Assembly: GCF_006345805.1 (NCBI RefSeq)
Contig: NC_043020.1
Location: 15,438,001-15,502,000 of the forward strand
DNA length: 64,000 bases
Reading direction: 5' to 3'
Source: Octopus sinensis
Lineage: Eukaryota
The notes below the pieces were generated by a model that saw nothing but the letters and a program-made list of their open reading frames with translations, was not told the DNA's origin and ran no database searches. This document shows positions 12,462 through 26,391 of the stretch, piece by piece (within the stretch, counting starts at the first letter, position 1; the number at the start of each line of letters is the position of its first letter). Made by a program: the position numbers and the translations under genes.

Positions 12462-13153
12462 ATAGATTCATAGCTGTAAAAGTTTGCTCTAACGTGGAAG
12501 CCAAGTGAACGATCGTCCTCATCTTGTTTGTTGTTAACACAACGTTTCGGCTGTGGTTAAGAGCGCGGGCTACTAACCCCAAGATTCCGAGTTCGATTCC
12601 AAGCAGTGACATGAACAACAACAACAATAATGATAATAATGATAATAATAACGATAATGATAATAATATTAATAATAATAATAATGATAATAATAATATT
12701 ATTATGTGTGTATGTATGTGTGTGTGTGTATATATGCATGCATGCATGTATGTATGTATTTGTGTGTGTATGTGTGCGTGTATGTATGTATGTATGTATG
12801 TATGTATGTATGTATGTATGTATGTGTATGTATGTATGTATACATACATGTATACATATGCATGTATGTATGTATTTATGTACGTATGTATATATGTATA
12901 CATACATGGTAAAGACTGGTACATACATACATACATACATACATACATACATACATACATACATACATGCATACATAAATAAACAATTCAAGGCAGTGTC
13001 TTAGCATAGTTATATACACGCACGCACGCACATACACACACACACACACACGTACACGCGCGCGTGTATGCATGTGTTCGCGTCTATGTATATATATACA
13101 CCTAGTCCTTCCAATCGCAAGACATTACAGTTTTTTTTCATTGTCTATTCCAG

Positions 13154-13311
13154 GCAAGGAAGCGTGGTGGTCTACTACGAAGCTTCTTTCGTGCTTACAA
13201 AGGGAACGGAGATCAATTCCACGATGGTCAACCAGTTCTTTGACAGTCAGTTGGAGCCGACCTATTACTTGGGTCCTTTTGAATTAAATAAAACTTCCAT
13301 CTATCATTCAA
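13154..13311 (+). CDS. Mucin SEA exon with autoproteolysis motif: (R)QGSVVVYYEASFVLTKGTEINSTMVNQFFDSQLEPTYYLGPFELNKTSIYHS
   Basis: Acceptor ttgtctattccag; donor GTAAGT at 13312; phase 2 to 1; SEA GSVVV signature. Confidence 0.9.
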
Positions 13312-13388
13312 GTAAGTGAAGCATATATTCTCTGTGTATTTTCTACTTCATTTATTTCTCTGTACTACTGTTTGTTTGGATAAGTAAC

Positions 13389-13486
<98 letters not shown>

Positions 13487-13552
13487 GTGTGTGTGTATAC
13501 ACAGAATCACACACACACACATATATATATACATACACATATATATAATTAC

Positions 13553-13597
<45 letters not shown>

Positions 13598-13641
13598 GCA
13601 ATTAATGTATTATATACATTCAGGTATAATATAATACATTC

Positions 13642-13689
13642 AGGCCTGCTGATGAGTACGTAAGTATGAAATCACTGTGATACAGGTCT
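13642..13689 (+). ncRNA. Minimal type I hammerhead ribozyme, canonical core
   Basis: aggcctg CTGATGA gtac-gtaa-gtat GAAA tca-ctg-tga TA caggtct: 7-bp stem I, GNRA-capped stem II, short stem III, AUA cleavage triplet. Confidence 0.8.
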
Positions 13690-13819
13690 ATATTTTTAAA
13701 TGTCTTACTTTGAAAAATTGCATTCGGTGGGATTAGTAATATTTTTGGTAGAAATGACTAATTGTCCCTCTTAGCGTTTGGCATGTATGTATAATGCCTT
13801 CTGGCATGTATGTATAATG

Positions 13820-13889
<70 letters not shown>

Positions 13890-14121
13890 AATATATGCAT
13901 ATACATATATGTGCAAACTACATATATACGAATATATACATGCATATATATGGGTACAGGGCATGAAAAAACGTGGAACACAATGAGAAACGAAAACATG
14001 AAAACAAAAACATAGAAACGAACTTTTTTTCGAACAAGGAAAAAAACAGAGAAACGAGATATACAACATAAAGAATATTCCCCTTCTTCAGTTGTCCCTG
14101 TTTCATCCACTCCGCGTTTCG

Positions 14122-14174
<53 letters not shown>

Positions 14175-14310
14175 TATATAATATATAATGATATAAATAT
14201 ATATATATATATATAATATATATATATAATATATATAATATATATATATATAATATATAATGATATAAATAATATATATATATATATATATATATAATAT
14301 AAATGATATA

Positions 14311-14349
<39 letters not shown>

Positions 14350-14355
14350 GATATA

Positions 14356-14388
<33 letters not shown>

Positions 14389-14897
14389 ATAATGATATAA
14401 ATAATATGTATATATATATGATATAAATAATACATATATATATATGCATACACACACATATCTATATATATACATATTTATATGGGTACAGGGCGTCACC
14501 AACAGTAAACAACATGAAATACGAAAACAATGATTTCAATATGCAAACAACGAAAGAAACAAATGGAAAACAGGACAAGTAACATAATAAAGAGACCACC
14601 ACCATTATCATTAATAGGATACACCAGTGAAAAATTAAAAGGAAATATAGAAAGAGAAAAAGGCTCTCTACCACCCCTTTTGACCAGGCTCCCGTGGCTT
14701 TTACGGGTTTTTCCACGAGTAACCTTTCAAAGCGCCTCCCCCTATTGGGAGTTTTAACTGTTACATTTCGTTGTTATCCTGATTTTGTACACAGACTTTT
14801 TTCAAACGGACAAAACCCTTTGTAACTTTTGTCCTGTGTTTTGTCCCTTTATGTTTTAATTGATTTTTGTTAGCCCTTGTGACCAATAAGCGAACGA

Positions 14898-14974
<77 letters not shown>

Positions 14975-14975
<1 letters not shown>

Positions 14976-15440
14976 TATGTTTGACTTTTGCTTTATGTCT
15001 GTACAAGTTAGCTCCAAGTCTCACCCAGAGACCTCAAGAGACAACAGGTTGGAAGTTCACGTTGTTGTTATGCCTAGTGTGCCATATATTTCGGCTTTTT
15101 TGGTGTTGTACTAGTGAATGTCTGATAAATAAATTTAAAAAAAAAGTTTGTTTTAAACCTTGGGATTACATAGAGAGTATTTTGCGTAGGATATGAGCAG
15201 TTCCCATGAGCACTATCTTTTGAATTTCTGCCATTTTGGGGTTTCCTGGTATTTGAGTTAGGTAGCAATCAGCCCCTTTCGCTATCATTCCCAGGGCATC
15301 TATGACAACAGGTATTGTTTTAGTCTTCAGGTTCCACATTTTGCTGATTTCTATTTCAAGATCTTTATATTTGCTCAGTTTTTGGTAGGTCTTGACAGAT
15401 ACGTTTATATCGATTGGGACAGTCATGTCAATGAGGAGGC
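14975..15440 (-). mobile_element. 5'-truncated R4/Dong-clade non-LTR retrotransposon (RLE endonuclease end)
   Basis: CLLIDMTVP..KLSKYKDLEIEISKMWNLKTKTIPVVIDALG..IQKIVLMGTAHILRKILSM; flanked on both sides by (TTA)n. Confidence 0.85.
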
Positions 15441-15486
15441 ATTATTATTATCATTATTATTATTACTATTATTATTATTATTATTA

Positions 15487-15540
<54 letters not shown>

Positions 15541-15631
15541 TTATTATTATTATTGTTATTATTATTATTATTATTATTATTTATTATTATTATTATTATA
15601 TTATTATTATTATTATTGTTTTGTATTTCAG

Positions 15632-15744
15632 TTCCCGTGGCTACACTTGCACAAACCACTGAACCTCTTCCAAACTGGGGTATCGCCATCATCGTATGTG
15701 GATGCGTAGTTTTATTTTTCATAGTCTTCATGGTTTGCGTTTTG
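15632..15744 (+). CDS. Mucin transmembrane exon: IPVATLAQTTEPLPNWGIAIIVCGCVVLFFIVFMVCVL
   Basis: Acceptor ttttgtatttcag; donor GTAAGA at 15745; phase 1 to 0; 23-residue hydrophobic helix. Confidence 0.9.
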
Positions 15745-16457
15745 GTAAGAAAAAAATTGTTATCAGCAATAATTACTATCATAACTATTAATTACCATAA
15801 TCCTCTTTGTTCATTCACAACCACCCACCCACCCACCATCACAACCGTCACTTCTACAACAACTGCTGTTATCACCACTACACAACTATCACCACAACTA
15901 TCACCACAACTATCACCACAACTATCAACACATTTTTGTTCCACAAATTTATTAATATTCAGCATCACCTGCATTCCTCTTGCTTGGTTTTTCACCCAAT
16001 CACCTCGTTTAACTTCGTCACTCATTCGGCATTAGGATCACTTAACAAACCCCAACAAAGAACCCCTTTTAAAACCTCCCTCTCTTTTCCTCTCCCTCTC
16101 CATCTCTATCTCTCTTACTTTTAAATCGTTCTGTCTCTTGTACTTTTAAACCACCCATTCATCCGGAATTATTTGGATGTACCAAAGGGTCCCTTTTCTA
16201 TTTATCATTTTTATTTTGTTGTTGCTGTTGTTTCTCACTCATCACTCACCGTCACTTCTGACCGTAGCTTAGAAAAACTGAAGACTTGTACTTGTCTCAC
16301 GTAGCTGGTGCTGAAGGTGGTCTAAATTCGTTACGCTCTCTCAACCATCACTTACAGATTTAGTTCTGACAAAAATAAATAAATAAATAAAGCCAATAGA
16401 AATCTCTTTTCATCGAGGTTTATTTCGTGAAACCCTATAGCATATTTTAAAAATATA

Positions 16458-17240
16458 GTACAGTACCGGACCAGCTATCCATCCGGTAACCTTAGGGCCG
16501 GAAATGGCCCGGATTTCTGGACTTTCCGATTTTCTGGAGACAGCCGAAATATATACTTAAATATAAAAGAAACTATGAAAAGTAAAGAACAAAATTGTAT
16601 CAATCAGATTCAAATGAATACACTTCTAAAGCAGGATCTGTTTGATATTCATTAATCCTTTTATAATTCTTAAAATATATCATAATGTACCACGCAAACA
16701 GCATAATGTTTATAACACGAAAAGGAAATTAAGAAAAATAACATGATTTTATTTAACAGATACCGGTACAAACTAATACAATTCTAAAGTAAATATTTAT
16801 CAATCTACTTAATAGACGGTACATTAAAACTAGGAATACTAAATTTCTAAATCTCTCGTAGAGACATGTACGGTGGTGGGGCGATAGAATGGTTGTATAC
16901 TGTCAATCTAACACGAACGTGACAGTAGCGGGGTACACCACCGCTGTTTAGCCCTAGGAAGCATCGACGCCTCCTGATGGCTTTGACACATTTTTCCTAT
17001 GTCCTTATATACATTTACGAAGGGGAGACAAACACCCCGGCTGCCCGGGCTTCATCTAGGGACACGTGTTTCAGGATGATTAAAACTATTTTTAACATAC
17101 CGTATACAAATTAACCAACATCAAAAGCAGAGTTTCTTTACTCAGTACAAAGTACTGTATATTGTACGACATTGCACAGTATTCCTGAACTTCTGAAAAT
17201 TCCGGATTTCTGGAAGCCGGATAAGAGGCCCAGTGTTGTA
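16458..17240. mobile_element. Possible degenerate pogo/Tc1-like MITE
   Basis: Weak terminal inverted similarity (tacagtaccggaccagctatcc vs ggataagaggcccagtgttgta) and subterminal ccgga repeats. Confidence 0.3.
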
Positions 17241-17419
17241 TTAACAATCCTTTTTAGGATGAGTGCTCGAAGGGAATTAGCTGTGCTACCAGCAGTTCGA
17301 CAATTTCCAAATCTTATGAATAATAATAGGGTGTTATGTAGCACTTAAAGTTGATTAAGATTTGGTAAAACTTTGGAAACGTAATCGTACAGTTGTTGTT
17401 TGTTATTTCTCAAGCCACA

Positions 17420-17700
17420 CCTGGCTCATAGGGCCGGTTTCCCCGGTTTCCTTGGCGTATAGGTTCCCCACCTGGACGGGACGCCGGTCCGTCGCAGGTG
17501 AGCTGCAAGATGCAGTAGGAAAGAGTGAGAGAAAAGTTGTGGCAAAAGAGTCAGCAGAAGTTCGCCATTACCTTCTGCTGGAGCCGCGTGGAACTTAAGT
17601 GTTTCGCTCATAAACACACACATCGCCCGGTCTGAGATTCGAACCCACGATCCCTCGACCGCGAGTCCGCTGCTCTAACCACTAGGCCATGTGCCTCCAC
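17420..17700 (-). mobile_element. tRNA-derived SINE, family D
   Basis: Minus-strand head gtggaggcacatggcctagtggttagagcagcggactcgcggtcgagggatcgtgggttcgaatc; related copies at about 29860-30112 and 35568-35830. Confidence 0.75.
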
Positions 17701-18409
17701 AATCGTACAGTAGCATTCTGAATAAATTATGTCTTCAATTGTGTTCCATATTTAAGATCGTTTACTTCTGGTATAATGATAGAAATAATGGATAAGTTAG
17801 AAGAGGGACAAGTGTATAACAAAGAATATCGTTTTCAAAGATGTTCTCTCTCAAGGCTGCACGTTTAGGACTACCATTGTCGACTTCATACCACCTCAAC
17901 ATTCTAACGTTTCAAAATTTGCAATTTCAAGACATTATGGATTTTATAGTTCGTTATAAGAACGGAAAAATCAGTGACTGTTAAAGATATTTACTTTGCT
18001 CCCTTACTTCCTCTTTAACTCTTTCTTGACAATTATTTCACCCAGCTCATTACCCTTTATCACCTTTCAGTCCACTTCTACCTTCTATTCATGTTCCTCA
18101 TCTCTCTTATTTCCTCAGTATTCATTTAAAACGTGACCTTGTATATATTAGTCTATCATTTTTCTCGTTTTTTGTTTTTCAACGAAAGGCCTGCCGGGAA
18201 ATGGCGGCCAATGAATACCGCATCTTTGCCATTTTATTTCTCCCTGCTTCTTTCACACATATACATAATTTTATCTCACTATTTCTCTCTCTCTCTCCTG
18301 CTCTACATCGTCTTATTGGTTTCATTTCTTCTCTAAGATATTTCAATATGTCTAATAAAGGTGTAACTTACCTCTCCTATTCTCTTTTTCTATCTCTTTT
18401 TCACCCCCG

Positions 18410-18506
<97 letters not shown>

Positions 18507-18730
18507 TTCTGTCTCTCTCCCTCACCTGCCAACTCTCACTATTTACAGTTTTGCCATGTTTCTTGCTCTTCATATTTTTCATCGCCTTGCCTTCTCTCAC
18601 AGACATTTCCAACATGTCTACCATAACCTAATTCTCTCCAACCATCCAATCATCATCCAACAAACAAAAACAAGCAAACAAACAAACAAAGAGCAATAAA
18701 TTCCAATGAGTTCCCGCTTCAATGTTCCAG

Positions 18731-19018
18731 TGGTCAAGGCGACACATCAGGCAGAAATTTTGTATCCCGGAAGATCCAGAAGAAATGGGATATAGACGCA
18801 ACTGGTTGTCGGCGCCGCCCTACACACCGGAGGCCATGTTCGTCTATGAAAACAAGGGTACGGTGTTCGACAGTGGCGAAAGATACGGCGTTAGTGGGGC
18901 AGAAGCCACAGAAAAACACAGAGAGCCCAGTGCACAGCTCAGCGACTATAATAACTCCAACGGTGTTGATTTCAACACATTTGATGATGGCCATTCGTCT
19001 GCAACACTTGTTAAGTCG
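18731..19018 (+). CDS. Mucin cytoplasmic-tail exon (WSRRHIRQKFCIPEDPEEMGY...SSATLVKS)
   Basis: Acceptor ttcaatgttccag; phase 0; basic stop-transfer RRHIRQK directly after the TM; non-repetitive open frame; donor GTAAGA at 19019. Confidence 0.8.
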
Positions 19019-19337
19019 GTAAGACTGCTTAATCTCCCTTAATTCTATCTAAAAAAAAACAACAACATCAATAACAACAATAATACAATAATTATTCTTT
19101 TCTACTCTAGGCAAAAAGCCCGAAATTTTAGGGGATGATGGGGGGGGGCAGTCGATTACATCTACCTTAGTACGCAACTGATATTTAATTTATCGAACTC
19201 GAAAGGATGGAAGGTAAAGTCGTCCTCAGCGGAATTTGAACTCAGAACGTACACCTGGCGTGCTAACGTTTCTGCCAGCTGGCCGCCTTCAACAATAGTA
19301 AAATAATTATTACTTTGTTGTGTCTGGGGAGAGTCAT

Positions 19338-19578
19338 TCTCTTTTAGTGCTTTATTATTTAACACACTCACCGGTAAAATTTCCACTTATTTCTTATTTT
19401 TATTTTCCTAAAATTTTCGTTGCGTGTTGCAACCTTTTCAATTGTCTTGACTCTATTGTCAAGACAATTGAAAAGGTTGCAACACGCAACGAAAATTTTA
19501 GAAAATAAAAATAGGAAAATAAGAAATAAGTGGAAATTTTACCGGTGAGTGTGTTAAATAATAAGGCACTAAAAGAGA
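19338..19578. repeat. Near-perfect palindrome (about 115-bp arms) of two divergent hammerhead-like units
   Basis: The arms mirror each other around the loop tctatt (19452-19457). Confidence 0.9.
19452..19502 (+). ncRNA. Hammerhead variant with U3-A8 core (mirror copy about 19408-19441 on - strand)
   Basis: TTGAAAA g gttgc-aacac-gcaac GAAA at TT taga. Stem I (tcta/taga) is restored if the 12-nt gtcaagacaatt segment is a later insertion. Confidence 0.45.
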
Positions 19579-20095
19579 CACAACAGAATATGCTTCAACA
19601 CACGAACTCATATAAGGAATCGTGCAAACCAAATCCCAAAACGAAATTATTACTTCATTAATGACTTAAAAGATAGATGCTCTCTTCATTTTAATAACTC
19701 CTAATTACCTCCTCTTACTTTCGGAGTTTGGATTCCTCTCGAGTCGTATTTGACTTTATTAACTCCCAGTTCGATAAAATAATCACTAGGCATGTACTGC
19801 TGATAGATTCAATCAAATATATCCCCTTTCTCTACAATGTAAGCAATCCGTGTTATCTAGTACCGAACGCGGTTGAGTAAGAATCAAAGTCAAATTCCTG
19901 CTTAATAACCCGCGTCATCGATTCGATTTCGTTTATCAGATGACACCGATTTTATTTTCATTTCACTTATATTATGAAACCTGAGCTTTATAACATCCCG
20001 TTTTCTCTTACCATTTGCATGTTTTATTATCTGCCTTTATAATTAATATAAATATTTTTCACGAAACAACAACTTCACTGTTCTCACCCAGCTTC

Positions 20096-20528
20096 AAATA
20101 TCCGACATATAATAACTTCACTGCTCTCAGCGCCCAAATATTTATTTGTAAAAATGTTTTAAATTTTTGTTTTTTGAAAGTTAAACCAGTCAAAATTATA
20201 TAGAACATTTTATTCAGTAATACATAAATGTGAAAGCCACGGTCCTTTGAGTAATGGAAGTCTTAGGTTATTTTCTGTGTCTACTTCGACTTTGAGTTTA
20301 TTGTTGGACAAGGTGATAATTTCGTTTGACATATTGATTAGAATACATTAATACACTACATATGCTGCAATATCTTCAACACACATTAGTAGGAAAATGC
20401 CCTCTGAGAGGTTTTCTGCAAGTAGGTGTAACTTTAAATATCCGACATATAATAACTTCACTGCTCTCAGCCTAAATATTTATTTGTAAAAATGTTTTAA
20501 ATTTTGTTTTTTGAAAATTAAACCAGTC
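20096..20528 (+). repeat. About 93-bp dispersed direct repeat (20096-20191 and 20436-20528)
   Basis: aaatatccgacatataataacttcactgctctcagc...ttaaaccagtc occurs twice with few differences. Confidence 0.85.
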
Positions 20529-20728
20529 TTTCATCAATAATTTACGCTTTCGGGGATCTGTTCTGAAAGCAGGCCTCATAATAGTTTTATGATTATTGTA
20601 TCATCATTTTTAATTCAATTTTTATAACTACCAATAAACTATTCAGTATGCCAGTAAACGAATGTTAAAAGTGAAAGCTCGATTTTTAACAACACAAATC
20701 CCATTTTCTCCATATTTTTTCTTTTTGT

Positions 20729-21123
20729 CCGTTTTCGGATACAGAGATTCTGGAAAATTGCCAAAAATCGGCATTTTGAAATTTCGGCCCTCACTTCGCC
20801 CCTTTCTCCCCAATTTCTTCATTTTTCACTTTTTTATCCAACCCTAACCGTAACCGTAATCCTAAAACCTTGACTCTAACCCTAAAACCCTAACCCTAAA
20901 ACTCTAACCGTAACCCGAAAACCCTAAACCTAACAAAAAAAATTTTGGAAAATTTTTCAGAATCATAATCTCCGTTTTTTTCCCCCGCATATTTTGAGAA
21001 AAAAAAAATCTGAAAAAAGTTTAAAATGAAGCATGGGGGTGGGGTGGGGGTGGGGAGTAATTTCAAAATGCCGATTTTTGCCAGTTTTTTGGTAGATTCG
21101 AATTCTCCGTAGCCAAAAAACGG
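20729..21123. mobile_element. Non-autonomous element with about 55-bp inverted repeats enclosing a degenerate (CCCTAA)n array
   Basis: ccgtttt...aaaaatcggcattttgaaat vs atttcaaaatgccgattttt...aaaacgg; aaccctaa-like units at 20841-20932. Confidence 0.6.
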
Positions 21124-21561
21124 AGGTCTGTGTAGAAAAAAAAATTAATCAAAAAGTATTTTGGGGGTGGGGTACAAAAGGAAGTCTTGCCCACAAAGCG
21201 CTATGTGCTTATATAGCATTGTGATCCATAATTTTTAGCGAGTAATATGCCCAATCATATGAAGAATTATTCGTGATATTTCGTTATTTAAATACAGTGG
21301 ACGAAATATTTAAACGAATAAATTTATCAGTAGATTCACCCTTCGCTTTGAACAGATGTACCGATTTCTATAATTCATAAAACTGTTATTTCTAACGATA
21401 CGGGAACACAACTATATCCATCCATCCATCCATCCATACATACATCCATACATCTATACATACATACATGCATACATACAAAGAAAAATATCCTGTTGTT
21501 GATGTTGATGATGAAGCCTCGGATTTAGGTTAGAAACCGGCTCTTTCTCTATTGGCAAGAA

Positions 21562-23150
<1,589 letters not shown>

Positions 23151-23944
23151 AGTAATAAAATAAGCAATACCTTTTTTTAAAAAAAACAACTTTTCTATAT
23201 TTTTAACTTAACCTTGTATTTTATTTCCGTGTGAAATACGCTAGGAATTTTCTTTTTGGTCTCCAGTTCACCGCCGAGTTAGAAAGGGCGGTTAACGTAT
23301 ATCCTACGACGTAACGCAACTGTATGAATTATTGTAAGGTGTCATCAGATATTGTCAGTCATTGTGTGGGAGTGCAATGGTTCTAGCTATGTTGAGTGTT
23401 TTGTGTGTTGGGTGAATGTTTTTCCTGCAGTGTGTTGAAAAGGGAAAGGAGAGAGAGAGAGGGGGAGAGAATTGGTCTTTTTTTTTTTGTGAGTTGTCTT
23501 GACACCTTCTGTTTCATTGAGGTTTTATACTTCGTGCAGGATTTGCATGCCCGAAGGAAAGGATGGTAGGAAACAAGGCCAGAGATAGTAGAAAACAGAT
23601 GTAGGGAGAGGTGGGGGTGATCGCGGTAGTAAAGACAACAGGGCGGGGACACGAACAGAGGGGTGAAGGACAGCAGTGCTGGCGGCGGCGGTGATGACGT
23701 GTGCATGGGCTGAACTATTTTGCTATGTAGATTCAGAAACCTTCCTAATACCCTTTCAACAAAATTCCCGTTAATCGCATAATCCGACGACATAAACCTT
23801 AATACTCGAGGCTACAAAGCCATTTGGATATTTATTATTATTATATTTGTAGTTTTTTAAACTGAAAACAAAGTTTTTTTCGAGAAAAGGATGTAAATTT
23901 AAAGTGGCACATTCTACTGTTCAGCCATTCCACCATACGACATT

Positions 23945-24368
23945 ATACCCATTTCTTTACTACCTACAAGGGGCTAAACATAGAGGGGACAAACAAGGAC
24001 AGACAAACGGATTAAGACGATTATATCGACCCCAGTGCATAACTGGTACTTATTTAATCGACCCCGAAAGGATGAAAGGCAAAGTCGACCTTGGCGGAAT
24101 TTGAACTCAGAACGTAACAGCAGACGAAATACCCATTTCTTTACTACCCACAAGGGGCTAAACACAGAGGGGACAAACAAGGACAGACAAACAGATTAAG
24201 TCGATTATATCGACCCCAGTGCATAACTGGTACTTATTTAATCAACCCCCGAAAGGATGAAAGGCAAAGTCGACCTCGGCGGAATTTGAACTCAGAACGT
24301 AACGGCAGACGAAATACGGCTACGCATTTCGCCCGGCGTGCTAACGTTTCTGCCAGCTCGCCGCCTTA
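23945..24368 (-). mobile_element. SINE A variant dimer (full monomer plus headless monomer)
   Basis: Two copies of the body with tail gtttgtccttgtttgtcccctct; the same arrangement occurs at 41488-41895. Confidence 0.8.
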
Positions 24369-25013
24369 ACGCAGTAACATACCGCCACATGTCATAGCGC
24401 TACACCGCCTTACCATCACAAGCGCCGACGACTGCCATCCCAGCGTTTGGAGTTCTTTTAATTCCTAACACCTATACATAGCGACAACGACGACGCCCAT
24501 CACCTCCTCCACAATCACCGCCAAACAATACCACTGCCACTACCACCACTACCAACATCACCACCAAAAGATTGCCTTGTATGTCTCTATATCCCAAGCG
24601 TCAAAATGTCAAAATCTTCTAAACTAGTTCTAATTAATGTCAGTATCTATAGTATAATGAAGAAAGATGCTTATTAATTAGCTATGAATATGTGGCTTTT
24701 ACTAAAAGAAAGCAAGTATCAAAGTCTACATTATCTACAAAATTCTCAAAAATTCCAATTTTAGTATATTTTTATCAGAATATGGTTTTCATATTTCTGT
24801 TTTTGAAGATTTCAACTAAACGATTACTTTTAATTCCCTGAGATAGGGTTTTTTTAAAATCTTACACTGCCTGATTACGTTTTTAACTTCTTAACCCTTT
24901 CTCTTTCCATCTCTTCCCTGTTTACTGTTCCTATTTCGACTAGTATCTCACTTTATCCTTATAATATTTCCCCTTTTATGCAGGGCCTCGGTTTCTTTCC
25001 TTGCAACTCTCTT

Positions 25014-25089
<76 letters not shown>

Positions 25090-25091
<2 letters not shown>

Positions 25092-25272
25092 TCTTTTACT
25101 TGTTTCGGTCATGCGACTGCGGCCATGCTGGAGCACCGCCTTTAGCTGAGCAAATCGACCTCTTTGTAAGCCTAGTACTTATTCTATCGTTCTCTTTTGC
25201 CGAACCGCTAAGTTACGTAAACACACTAGCATCGGTTGTCAAGCGATGTTGGGGGGACAGACAGACACACAA

Positions 25273-25307
<35 letters not shown>

Positions 25308-25320
25308 ACACACAACACAC

Positions 25321-25360
<40 letters not shown>

Positions 25361-25505
25361 TACGACGGTGTTCTTCCAGTTTTCGTCTACCAAATCCACT
25401 CACAAGGCTTTGGTCGGCCCGAGGCTATAGTAGAAGACATTTGCCCAAGGTGCCACGCAGTGGGACTGAACCCGGAACCATGTGGTTGGTAAGCAAGCTA
25501 CTTAC
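25090..25505 (-). mobile_element. SINE family B
   Basis: Matches 9836-10246. Confidence 0.85.
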
Positions 25506-25900
25506 AACTGAAAGAAGCCCGTCGTATGGTTTGGGACAGGAAGTTGTGGGGGGGGGGGGAATAAGTGACCATGTGAGGCAAAGCACCAGTCTAATGAATG
25601 AAACAAGTAAAGGAAACAAATAATAATAAATAAAAAGATAACGCAGTCCAAAATATTCCGAAAAGACGGGAAGGTCACGTTTGGAATACCTTCGACCATA
25701 GGTCTGCTAGATAAGGTCTAACCTGGGGCTTAAACAACTACGAATGTTCACAATGCCACTGCAACTCTTCAATGTACATCAGAATTGCACAAAAGAGGAT
25801 TATTGACGAACTTTTTGTTTTTCAGCTGGTTTTACTGGATTCAGAGAAAAGCAAAATAAACGAAAGAAAATGTTATCACGTAACTATATTCGTGTTTGTG

Positions 25901-25988
<88 letters not shown>

Positions 25989-26235
25989 CATACATACACA
26001 TGTACATATGTACATACACACGCACACATATGTACATATATTTATGAGAATATATATGTATGTATGTATATATATATGTGTGTGCATATATAAGAATGTA
26101 TATATGTATATGTGTAAATATATATGTATGTGTGTGTGTGTCTATATATATATATATATATAGATGTGCATATACATATATTTGTGCGTATATATGTGTG
26201 TGTGTATGTTTGTGTGTGAGTGTGTGATATAAATA

Positions 26236-26391
<156 letters not shown>

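Noticed and set aside
14040-14125. CTGAAGA on the minus strand with GAAACGCG upstream
   Set aside because: The order and pairing fit no hammerhead type; at most a rearranged PLE remnant.
18808-18828. APPY as a PPxY WW-binding motif
   Set aside because: The sequence is A-P-P-Y, which does not fit P-P-x-Y.
21505-21545. tgatgaag cct..agg ttagaaaccgg hammerhead-like string
   Set aside because: C3, the cleavage U and stem I are missing; too decayed to call.
23540-23750. Alternative last exons of the mucin (DLHARRKGW-stop; IQKPS-stop)
   Set aside because: Plausible acceptors but no other support.
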